From contig JAOBWQ010000068.1 in NCBI GenBank assembly GCA_025463425.1, positions 1 to 50,787 on the forward strand: 50,787 nt of DNA, given 5' to 3'. Under the pieces are notes generated by a model. That model did not search any database. It was not told the origin of the DNA and worked only from the letters and a program-made list of their open reading frames with translations. Positions 8,937 to 16,889 of the stretch are shown here, one piece after another. Origin of the DNA: Ilumatobacteraceae bacterium (GTDB lineage Bacteria; Actinomycetota; Acidimicrobiia; Acidimicrobiales; Ilumatobacteraceae). Each line of letters starts with the position of its first letter. Within the stretch, counting starts at the first letter, position 1. The position numbers and the translations under genes are program-made.

Positions 8937-11684
8937 ATGGCAGGAGATCAGGCGGGTCGTCGCGCACCGACGAGCATCGTGTCGTTCTTCGTCGTGTTCG
9001 CCACGCTGATCGTCGTCGCCGCCGGCGTCGGGACGTACTTCGTGTGGCGCGCAACCCAAAACGCAGCGCTCAGCGAGGCCACCCGCGACGCTCAGTTTGC
9101 GGCTGGCGGCGCTGCCGGATCGATCGATGCAGCTGTTCGTGATGCTGAATCGCTGGTCGTTTCAACGGCCGAATCGCCGTCGGTCGTCGTGGCGATCAAG
9201 ACACCAGCCGGCTGCACGTTGTCGTTCGCCGGGGTCGGACCGTTCACATCGGGGCACCTCGATTTCATCGGTCCGAACGGTGACGTGCGGTGCACGTCGA
9301 GTCCGACCGCGGGGACGACGTACCCGATGACGTCATGGTTCCCTGACCTCCGCAGCGGCGGACCCGCAGCGGTCGCATTGCATGCGGAGGCGTCGAAGCG
9401 TCAGGTGTTGGTTGTCGTGGGGGCGGTTCCCAGTGGTGGTTACGTCGCGGCATTCCTCGATGTCGACGTGCTCGGCGAGGGGCTCAGCGCGCTGTACGGC
9501 GGGCGCAGAAATCTTGAGTTCGTGGTCGCGACGCACAGCGACGAGCGGATCCTGACGAGATCGGTGGACGACGCTGCCTGGCGGGGCAAGTTGGTCGCGG
9601 ACACCAAGCTCGCAGGTGTGGGAGCCGGCGGGAGCCACCCCGACGTTGCCTCGGTGCCGCGGGTCTATTCGAGAGCCGGCACCACCGAGGCCGTGGATTG
9701 GTTCGTGTACGCGGGAGCCGATCGAACGACAGCGATCTCGGAGGGCACCTCGGACTTCCGACTGCTCATCATCGTGGTCGGTGCGGCAGTCCTCGGCCTG
9801 CTGGCGCTGTTCGCGGTGATGTACCGCCGAATCGTGGGACCGATCCGCGCCCTGTATCGCGGGACCCGAGCCCAGCGCTCGAGCCCCTTGGTCGTGCCGC
9901 TGCCCGTCAACGGACCCCGGGAGATCGGCGCGGTGGCGCGAGAGCTCAACGCGGTGATGAGCGAGTTGAGCGAGTCCGAGCAGACGTATCGGGTGTTGTT
10001 CGACGGCAACCCCCAGCCGATGTGGGTGTGGTCGCTCCGATCGGGCTGCTTCCTGGCGGTCAACCAGGCAACGATCGACCTCTACGGGTACACGCGAGAG
10101 GAGTTCCTCGCGATGCGGGTCGACCAGATCGTGCCGAGTGCGTATGGCAACTCGGCGACGGACGGCGTTGATTCGGCCGGCGTGAGACGTGTCGCCCATT
10201 CTGGACCGCTGGTCAAGTCCGGGCCGTGGACCCACGTGATGAGATCGGGTGACACGATCAGTGTCGAGGTGACCTCGCAGGACTTCACCTATCTCGGTGA
10301 GCCTGGACGATTCACGATCGTCGTCGACATCAGCGAGCGGCTCGAGCACGAACGGCAGCTGCAGCACCTCGCGCTGCACGACGAGCTCACCGGACTTGCC
10401 AACCGGACGCTGATCCTCGATCGGCTGTCGTCAGCGATCGGCCATGCGCAGTCACAGTCGCGCGTCGCCGTGCTCTTCGTCGATCTCGACGGCTTCAAGC
10501 TGATCAACGAGGTACATGGGCACGATGCGGGCGACCACTTGCTGACCGTCGTCGGCCGGCGCCTGTCGGAGGGACTGCGCCCGACCGATTCGATCGGTCG
10601 AGTGGGCGCGGACGAGTTCGTCATCGTCTGCCCCCACCTCTCCGGTGAGACCGAGGCGATTGCAATGGCGAGTCGAGTCGAGGGACTGCTTGCGCTTCCG
10701 ATCGAGCTCGAGGGGACCAAGACGTTCGTCACGGCCAGCGTGGGCATCAGCATGTCCACCGACGGCTCAGCGCCCACTCACCTCGTTCGCGACGCCACGC
10801 TGGCGATGAACCGAGCCAAGGAGCGCGGTGGTGATCGGTTCGAGATCTTCGACGAGGGGATGAGAGAGCGAACCCTCGTCAAGCTGGCCACGATCACCGA
10901 GCTCCGCCGCGCCGTCGACAACGACGAGCTGCGCCTGCAGTTCCAACCCGAGATCGACTTGTCGACGGGCGTGTGCAATGGCTTCGAGGCATTGGTCCGG
11001 TGGGAGCACCCGTCGAGAGGTTTGCTGGCCCCAGCGCACTTCGTCGAGCTCGCCGAGGAGACCGGCTACATCGTCCAGCTCGGCGCATGGGTGCTCGACG
11101 CAGCGTGTCGTCAAGCCGCCACATGGGTCCGCCAGGGCCTCGCGGTCGGCACGATCTCCGTGAACCTGTCGGCGCGAGAGCTGGCTCAACCATCGCTCGT
11201 CGGACAGGTCAGCTCGGCATTGGATCGGTCCGGACTCGAGCCGGGCAGGCTCTGCCTGGAGATCACCGAGACGTCCTTGATGGACGATCCCGACGGTGCC
11301 GTCTCCGTGCTCGCGGCGCTCCGGGATCTCGGGGTCAAGTTGAGCATCGACGACTTCGGCACCGGGTACTCCTCGTTGCAGTACCTCAGGCGCTACAAGG
11401 TCGACTACCTGAAGATCGACCGAAGCTTCGTCGCCGGCCTCTGCTCGGACCCACAGTCCACCGCGATCGTGTCCAGCGTGATCCGCCTCGCCCACGCGCT
11501 GGAGCTCGCGGTGGTCGCGGAGGGCGTCGAGTCCGTCGAGCAGGCAGAGATGCTCACTGCGATGGACTGCGATCTCGGGCAGGGATACCTGTGGTCTCGG
11601 CCGGTGTGGCCGGTGGATGTGCCGGCGCTGTGCGGACGAACGTTGATCACGCCGCGTCCGCTCGTCTCGACGGTCCTGGGATGA
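8937..11684 (+). CDS. Membrane sensor c-di-GMP phosphodiesterase (periplasmic sensor-HAMP-PAS-degenerate GGDEF-EAL)
   Basis: The N-terminal TM segment, extracytoplasmic region and second TM are followed by a PAS region (YRVLFDGNPQPMWVW). The GGDEF domain has a GADEF signature. The EAL domain has intact EALVRW, DDFGTGYSSL, KIDRSFV and EGVE motifs. Confidence 0.92.
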   Translation: MAGDQAGRRAPTSIVSFFVVFATLIVVAAGVGTYFVWRATQNAALSEATRDAQFAAGGAAGSIDAAVRDAESLVVSTAESPSVVVAIKTPAGCTLSFAGVGPFTSGHLDFIGPNGDVRCTSSPTAGTTYPMTSWFPDLRSGGPAAVALHAEASKRQVLVVVGAVPSGGYVAAFLDVDVLGEGLSALYGGRRNLEFVVATHSDERILTRSVDDAAWRGKLVADTKLAGVGAGGSHPDVASVPRVYSRAGTTEAVDWFVYAGADRTTAISEGTSDFRLLIIVVGAAVLGLLALFAVMYRRIVGPIRALYRGTRAQRSSPLVVPLPVNGPREIGAVARELNAVMSELSESEQTYRVLFDGNPQPMWVWSLRSGCFLAVNQATIDLYGYTREEFLAMRVDQIVPSAYGNSATDGVDSAGVRRVAHSGPLVKSGPWTHVMRSGDTISVEVTSQDFTYLGEPGRFTIVVDISERLEHERQLQHLALHDELTGLANRTLILDRLSSAIGHAQSQSRVAVLFVDLDGFKLINEVHGHDAGDHLLTVVGRRLSEGLRPTDSIGRVGADEFVIVCPHLSGETEAIAMASRVEGLLALPIELEGTKTFVTASVGISMSTDGSAPTHLVRDATLAMNRAKERGGDRFEIFDEGMRERTLVKLATITELRRAVDNDELRLQFQPEIDLSTGVCNGFEALVRWEHPSRGLLAPAHFVELAEETGYIVQLGAWVLDAACRQAATWVRQGLAVGTISVNLSARELAQPSLVGQVSSALDRSGLEPGRLCLEITETSLMDDPDGAVSVLAALRDLGVKLSIDDFGTGYSSLQYLRRYKVDYLKIDRSFVAGLCSDPQSTAIVSSVIRLAHALELAVVAEGVESVEQAEMLTAMDCDLGQGYLWSRPVWPVDVPALCGRTLITPRPLVSTVLG

Positions 11685-13819
11685 ACGCCATCGACGACGC
11701 CGGCGGCCACGGTTTCGGCTGCCGACACTTCAGCAGTGCGAACAACCAGTACGTCATCGCGTACCTGCGGGCGCGCACCCCGGCCGGCACCCTCGAACGA
11801 GTGCTGGCGCGCGCCGGTGAGGTTCGATCGCCGGAGGTCCTCGTCGACCCGGGCACATGGAGCACGTACGAAGAGTTTCGCCGCCTGCTCGCCGCCTGCG
11901 TTGCCGAACTCGGCGAAGAGGTGCTTCCCGAGTTCGGTCTCGACTCGTTCGCCGACATCACCACCCCCGACACGGCGGCAATGCTGGCAGCGTTCGGTTC
12001 ACCCGCCGCGTTGTACGCGGACATCGGCCCGGCCGCGGCCGGAGTCTCCCCGATCGTCGCGATCAGCGGCCAACCCGTCGGCGAGACGGAGTGGCTGATG
12101 AGCATGCACTTCGAGCCGGGCTTCGAACCATTTCGCGAGTACTGCAGGTACGCGTCAGGTCTCGTGGCGGTGACGCCCCGACTCTTCGGGTATCAGCCGG
12201 CCACCGTGGTCGAGGAAGCATGTCAGTGCTACGGGGATCCCGCGTGCGTCCTTCGCGTCACGTGGGAGCCGACTGACGAGGCGACCCGACGCACGCAGCA
12301 ACTCGACGTCCAGGTGCAGATGCTGCAGGGGAGCCTCGAAGCCCTGCAGGTCACCGTCGGAGACCTGGTCTCCGGTGAAGGCCTCGATGTGGTGCTGACC
12401 CGGATCGTCTCTTCGGCCGCTCGCGCCGTCAGCGCGCCAAGTTTTGTGCTCGCGATCGACAGCGGGGTGAAGAGCTCGAAGCGGGTCTTCTCCGATGGGC
12501 TCGCGCCCGGCGAGGCGGAAGAAGTCGCCGGCGCGCTCCTCGACGGCGTCCGGCAGACGGACTCGCACTGCCTCGTCGTCGACCTGACCTCGACCCGTCG
12601 CAACTACGGACGCCTCGCGGCGCTGAAACCGAATGGAGAGTTCTATCCGCAGGAGCTCTCGACCCTTCGTGCGTACGGCCGCCTCGCAGCCGCCGCACTC
12701 GACGCGGCCGCGGCGCACGAAGCGACACGCGATCAAGCGGCGCGCGCCCAAGCGCTGCTGACCCTCTCGATCGCGCTCGCCGAAGTCGCCTCGTCCGACG
12801 AGATGGCCCAGCGCATCGCGGATGCGATGCTCTCGGTCATCGATTGCGACCGTGCGCTCGTCATCCTCGCCGACGGGCCGACGGATGGCCGCGTGGTCGG
12901 GATCGCCGGCTACCCCCCGCATCTTGCCGCCGCTCTCGTTTCGCGAAGGTTCGCCTTCGAGGTCGGCGCCGAACCCGAGGTGACGATCGAACAACGCACG
13001 GCGCCGAACGGAGGACCGATCTCCGGTGGTCAACGCGCCATGGCTTTGACCGGGACCGTCGCGTCCGCCTCGTTTCCGCTCACTTCGGACGGACAGCTGC
13101 TGGGGTTCATCTCCGCGAGCGTGACGAACCAGCCCGAGCGGCTGACCAAGTCTGCCGATCTCGACGTGCGGTTGCGCGGGCTGGGAAGTCAGGCGTGCAC
13201 GGCCCTCAACAACGCCGCCCTCCTCGAACGAGTGCGGCACCAGGCCTTGCACGACGGCCTCACCGGGCTGCCGAACCGCGCGCTGATCCTCGACCGCGCC
13301 GAGCAGATGCTGGCCCGGGCCCAGCGCTCGGATGTCCCGGTGGCCGCGTACTTCATCGACCTCGACAACTTCAAGCTCGTCAACGACACCCTGGGTCACG
13401 CCGCCGGCGACCAGATGTTGCGAGCAGTCGCCGACCGCCTGTCGGGGATCCTGCGCGCGCACGACACGCTCGGAAGGCTGGGCGGAGACGAGTTCGTCGT
13501 GCTCGCCGAATCCGACTCGCTGGAGCGAGGAGCTGTCTGGCTCGCGGCCCGACTCCTCGACGAGTTCTCGACCCCGTTCCCGCTCGAGGGGTTCATCAGT
13601 CGAACGGTGGCGACCTCGGCCAGCATCGGAATCGCAACTGGTTGGCGGGCGACGGCTGATGAGCTGTTCCGCGACGCGGACATCGCCCTCTACCGTGCCA
13701 AGGCGGCCGGCCGGGGACGAGCGATGGTGTTCGAGCCGTTCATGTTGGGCGAGGCGATGCGCGAGCTCGAGGGCGAGTTCTCACAGCTCCCCGCCGGTTC
13801 GCAACGATCCGGCGTGTAG
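11681..13819 (+). CDS. Cytoplasmic diguanylate cyclase (V4R-like N-terminal sensor-GAF-GAF-GGDEF)
   Basis: The ATG at 11681 overlaps the upstream stop as ATGA. The C-terminus has canonical RLGGDEF with RAHD (an RxxD I-site) 5 aa upstream. The central regions are GAF-like. The N-terminal module ends with EEACQCYGDPACVLRV. Confidence 0.88.
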   Translation: MNAIDDAGGHGFGCRHFSSANNQYVIAYLRARTPAGTLERVLARAGEVRSPEVLVDPGTWSTYEEFRRLLAACVAELGEEVLPEFGLDSFADITTPDTAAMLAAFGSPAALYADIGPAAAGVSPIVAISGQPVGETEWLMSMHFEPGFEPFREYCRYASGLVAVTPRLFGYQPATVVEEACQCYGDPACVLRVTWEPTDEATRRTQQLDVQVQMLQGSLEALQVTVGDLVSGEGLDVVLTRIVSSAARAVSAPSFVLAIDSGVKSSKRVFSDGLAPGEAEEVAGALLDGVRQTDSHCLVVDLTSTRRNYGRLAALKPNGEFYPQELSTLRAYGRLAAAALDAAAAHEATRDQAARAQALLTLSIALAEVASSDEMAQRIADAMLSVIDCDRALVILADGPTDGRVVGIAGYPPHLAAALVSRRFAFEVGAEPEVTIEQRTAPNGGPISGGQRAMALTGTVASASFPLTSDGQLLGFISASVTNQPERLTKSADLDVRLRGLGSQACTALNNAALLERVRHQALHDGLTGLPNRALILDRAEQMLARAQRSDVPVAAYFIDLDNFKLVNDTLGHAAGDQMLRAVADRLSGILRAHDTLGRLGGDEFVVLAESDSLERGAVWLAARLLDEFSTPFPLEGFISRTVATSASIGIATGWRATADELFRDADIALYRAKAAGRGRAMVFEPFMLGEAMRELEGEFSQLPAGSQRSGV

Positions 13820-13927
13820 CCCGCAGGCCTGTCCGCTACCCGACCGTGGCTGTGGTTGGGGGCACTCTCGTGCTCGGGCACCGTCGTCAACCGCTCCGTC
13901 GGCCCCGCGAGATGGCAGCATCTCTTC

Positions 13928-14695
13928 ATGATCGACACAGCGACTGCTCTCGCTCGCCTGGATGCCGACGGTTACGTGGTTCTCCCCGACGCCGTGGATG
14001 CCGACCTCGTGGCGCGGATTCGCGGCGAGGTCGACCCCTACCTCGCGTCCGCGCCATTCGGCCGAAACGACTTCGAGGGTTTCCGAACCCAGCGGCTGTA
14101 TGCGCTGTTCGCCAAGGCGCCGTCGACGGCAGCGCTCGTGGCCCACCCGGCCGTCCTCGCGCTTGTCGACCACCACCTCGCCCAGCCATGCCTGCTCTCG
14201 GCGAACATCGCGATCAACGTGCACCCGGGCGAGACGGCGCAGGACCTGCACCCCGACGACGGCTACTGCGGTGTGCCCCGGCCGCGCCAGCCCTACGGAC
14301 TGTCGGCCATCTGGGCGATCGACGACTTCACGGCCACCAACGGCGCCACCGAGGTGGTCCCGGGCAGCCACCGCTTCGGCAACGACGCCACGCCCGCCGC
14401 TGACGATCCACGCATCCGTTCGATCGAGATGCGCGCCGGGTCCGTCCTGGTGTTTCTCGGCACGACCTATCATCGGGGCGGCGCCAACCGGAGCGATCGC
14501 ACCCGCCTGGCGATCACGCCGCAGTACTGCGCTCCGTGGATGCGCCAGATCGAGAACATGTCGCTCGCCATCCCGAACGCCGTCGCCGCAGCCATGCCCG
14601 AGCGCGTGCAGGAGCTGCTCGGGTACAGCATCATGTCGCCGTTCATCGGGTACGTCGACGGCATGCACCCGCGGCGCCTGCTGGAGCACGAATGA
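13928..14695 (+). CDS. Phytanoyl-CoA dioxygenase (PhyH) family Fe(II)/2-oxoglutarate oxygenase
   Basis: DGYVVLPDAV is followed by HPDDG (the HxD iron ligands), a distal H in TYHRGGAN, and R in the RLAI region. The start is uncertain; a GTG at 13856 is also possible. Confidence 0.8.
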   Translation: MIDTATALARLDADGYVVLPDAVDADLVARIRGEVDPYLASAPFGRNDFEGFRTQRLYALFAKAPSTAALVAHPAVLALVDHHLAQPCLLSANIAINVHPGETAQDLHPDDGYCGVPRPRQPYGLSAIWAIDDFTATNGATEVVPGSHRFGNDATPAADDPRIRSIEMRAGSVLVFLGTTYHRGGANRSDRTRLAITPQYCAPWMRQIENMSLAIPNAVAAAMPERVQELLGYSIMSPFIGYVDGMHPRRLLEHE

Positions 14696-14702
14696 TGAAC
14701 CG

Positions 14703-15266
14703 ATGAAGGAACCACCCCACATCGTGCTCGTCGCGCTCGACGCCGAGATCGTTCGGCGCCGACTTTCGGCCGACGACTTTCGACTCGAACGACCCATTGC
14801 CGGCACTGGCCGGGCGGTGCACTTCGGCCCCGAGTTTCCGGGCGAGGCGCTGGCCTTCTACCCGACGTTTCTCGAACAGGCCGTCGGTCGATCGATCGTG
14901 GAAGGCAGCTACGTCGTCGTCGACATCGGATCGGGCGAAGCACTGGGTCAAGTCGGCACGATCGGCTCGCCGCACCGTGCGACCGTCGAGATCGGCTACG
15001 GGATCAATGCCGCCTTCCATGGACGATGCATCGCAACGGCCGCGGTCAGTGCGATCGTGACGCTTCTCGCGTCGAATGGCACGGTCGACGTCGTGACAGC
15101 TCGCACCTCGGTGACGAATCCGGCGAGCGGCCGAGTCCTCGAGAAGAACGGCTTCGGTGTCACTGGGCGAGAGGAGAGCGACGAAGGCGAACTTCTCGTG
15201 TGGGCGCTCGCGACAGCACCCGGCCACCTTGCAGAGGCCGTCGGCCATCGACATCCATTCCGGTAG
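14703..15266 (+). CDS. GNAT-family N-acetyltransferase
   Basis: It is the internal ATG of ORF 13962..15266. EIGYGINAAFHGRCIATAAV ... NPASGRVLEKNGF is a typical GNAT A/B motif region. Confidence 0.8.
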   Translation: MKEPPHIVLVALDAEIVRRRLSADDFRLERPIAGTGRAVHFGPEFPGEALAFYPTFLEQAVGRSIVEGSYVVVDIGSGEALGQVGTIGSPHRATVEIGYGINAAFHGRCIATAAVSAIVTLLASNGTVDVVTARTSVTNPASGRVLEKNGFGVTGREESDEGELLVWALATAPGHLAEAVGHRHPFR

Positions 15267-15273
15267 ACGCGCA

Positions 15274-15314
15274 CAGGCGCTCGCTGCCGACCCTGCGGTG
15301 GCAGCGAGCGCCTG
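15274..15314. terminator. Bidirectional intrinsic-terminator-like hairpin between convergent GNAT and hsp20 genes
   Basis: A perfect 15-bp stem, CAGGCGCTCGCTGCC (15274-15288) paired with GGCAGCGAGCGCCTG (15300-15314), encloses an 11-nt loop. There is no clear U-tract, which is usual in high-GC actinobacteria. Confidence 0.6.
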
Positions 15315-15334
15315 AGTGTGGGCGTCGTGCGTTG

Positions 15335-15784
15335 CTACGAGGCAGCGGCGGTGGTCGCCTCGATGGCGTCTGGTGATGCGGTCTGGTGCTGTCCGAGCTG
15401 AACCTTGCGAGGCTTGGCCTGTTCGGCGACCGGGATGCGCACGGTGAGGACGCCATCGTGCAGGTCCGCTTCGAGGTTCTGGAGATCGAGACCGTCACCG
15501 AGTTGGATCTGGCGCCGGAAGGAACCGCGGTAGCGCTCGCCGAAGTAGGGCTGATCGTTCTCTTGGCGCTGCCAGTTGCGCTCAGCCGCGATCGTGAGGA
15601 CGTTGCGCTCGACCGTGATGTCGAGGCTGTCGGCCTTCACGCCGGGCAAGTCGATGTGCACCCACACGTCGCTGCCGCGCCGAAAGGCGTCCATCGGCAT
15701 GACGCCGCCGGCGTTCTGCTGCCGACTCGACAGCCGACTGAAGAGCGTGTCGAGGTCACGGAACGGATCGGTCTGGATGATCAT
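15335..15784 (-). CDS. hsp20: Hsp20/alpha-crystallin small heat-shock protein
   Basis: The alpha-crystallin domain reads DVWVHIDLPGVKADSLDITVERNVLTI ... GVLTVRIP. I chose the ATG at comp(15782..15784) because GAAGGAG lies 8 nt upstream. Confidence 0.92.
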   Translation of the reverse strand: MIIQTDPFRDLDTLFSRLSSRQQNAGGVMPMDAFRRGSDVWVHIDLPGVKADSLDITVERNVLTIAAERNWQRQENDQPYFGERYRGSFRRQIQLGDGLDLQNLEADLHDGVLTVRIPVAEQAKPRKVQLGQHQTASPDAIEATTAAAS

Positions 15785-15830
15785 GTCAACACTCCTTCTG
15801 GGTTGTCGACCACGGTGTGGTCGGGATCGG

Positions 15831-15857
15831 TCAACATAATATGGGCGATTATGTTGA
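15831..15857. promoter_or_regulatory. Operator-like perfect inverted repeat TCAACATAAT-N7-ATTATGTTGA overlapping the hsp20 -10 box
   Basis: The 10-bp arms at 15831-15840 and 15848-15857 are exact reverse complements. They are AT-rich in a ~68 % GC background. Confidence 0.65.
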
Positions 15858-15864
15858 GTGTCAA
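15836..15864 (-). promoter_or_regulatory. Near-consensus sigma-70/SigA-type promoter of hsp20
   Basis: The minus strand reads TTGACA (comp 15859-15864), a 17-nt spacer, then TATTAT (comp 15836-15841). This lies about 50 nt upstream of the hsp20 ATG in an AT-rich island. Confidence 0.6.
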
Positions 15865-15892
15865 GTGGCTGCGTCACGCGGAGAACGATGTG

Positions 15893-15902
15893 ATTATGTT
15901 GA
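15893..15902. promoter_or_regulatory. Third exact copy of the half-site ATTATGTTGA
   Basis: This 10-mer is identical to 15848-15857 and lies 45 bp downstream of it. It overlaps a TTGACA hexamer (15899-15904) facing the recombinase-like gene. Confidence 0.5.
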
Positions 15903-15933
15903 CAGTGGTGCCTGCGAGAGGCACCATGGTCTC

Positions 15934-16830
15934 ATGTCCGAACGAGCATCCAGTCGAGCCAGCGCGGCGAGGTCGCGATCGGCGCTGGAGGGCTGGCTGA
16001 AGACTCAGCCGTCGATGAACACCCGGGCCGCGTACCGTTCCGATCTGGAGACGTTCGGCCGCTGGTGCGCTGAGCACGACGCACTGCCGCTCACGGCGGA
16101 CGCATCGACGCTCGTCGCCTTTCAGCTCGCACGCGAAGTCGTGGGAGACAGTGACTCGACGATCCGGCGGCGATGGTCGGCGCTGTCGTCGTTCTACGAG
16201 TTCGCTGTCGAGCACGAGTTGGCTGCGTCGAACCCCACGATCGGGGCCGACCGCCCGAGGGTGCGATCTGGTGATCCGAGCCCCACCCTGCGGCTGTCGC
16301 CAGCAGCCGTGGCGGCCTACCGTTCGACGGCGGCCGCGCTCGATCCACGGCTGCACGCACTCGTCGCACTGTTGGTGTCCGACGGTCTCAAGATCGGCGA
16401 AGCACTGGCCTTGGACATCGACGATGTTGCCGGCAGGTCGCCGACGACGTCGATCACCGTTCGTCGGCGAGGAGAATCGCGCCGCATCGTCATCGACCGG
16501 GACAGCGCCAAGGCGATCCGGCGGTGCATCGGTCAGCGTCGGTCCGGTCCGGTCTTCGTCAGCGAACGCGCCGGGACATCACATGCTCCGCAGCGGCTGA
16601 CTCGCTTCGGCGCTGACCACCTCATCCGCCAGCTCAGAACCGACGAGATGACCGAACCAGTCACTGCCAACGCCCTCAGGCGGTTCCACTTCTCCACTCG
16701 CCAAGCGGACGGCGCCGACCATGCCGAGGTCCGAGACGGCGCCGGTCTCGCTGATGTTCGCGGCGTCCGTCGTTACTCGAACAGGTCGGACGACGACGCG
16801 GCGAGGACGTCCAGGACGCACGCCCACTGA
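15934..16830 (+). CDS. Tyrosine-recombinase (XerC/D, phage-integrase) fold protein with degenerate catalytic residues
   Basis: The N-terminal SAM-like core-binding domain reads TRAAYRSDLETFGRWC ... RRRWSALSSFYEFAV. The C-terminal domain aligns by eye to XerD but has GLK instead of GLR, NALRR instead of HxLRH, and GAGL instead of LLGH. The Tyr in RRY is retained. Confidence 0.65.
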   Translation: MSERASSRASAARSRSALEGWLKTQPSMNTRAAYRSDLETFGRWCAEHDALPLTADASTLVAFQLAREVVGDSDSTIRRRWSALSSFYEFAVEHELAASNPTIGADRPRVRSGDPSPTLRLSPAAVAAYRSTAAALDPRLHALVALLVSDGLKIGEALALDIDDVAGRSPTTSITVRRRGESRRIVIDRDSAKAIRRCIGQRRSGPVFVSERAGTSHAPQRLTRFGADHLIRQLRTDEMTEPVTANALRRFHFSTRQADGADHAEVRDGAGLADVRGVRRYSNRSDDDAARTSRTHAH

Positions 16831-16889
16831 GGCGAGCACATGACGGGGGCGACGCTGCAGAGGCCCGAGAGCTCGTCACCGACGGCTCC

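Noticed and set aside
15853-15859. GTTGAGT next to the hsp20 promoter, resembling a half-site of the HspR HAIR element (CTTGAGT-N7-ACTCAAG).
   Set aside because: No matching ACTCAAG partner lies at the right spacing. The exact ATTATGTTGA repeats explain the region better.
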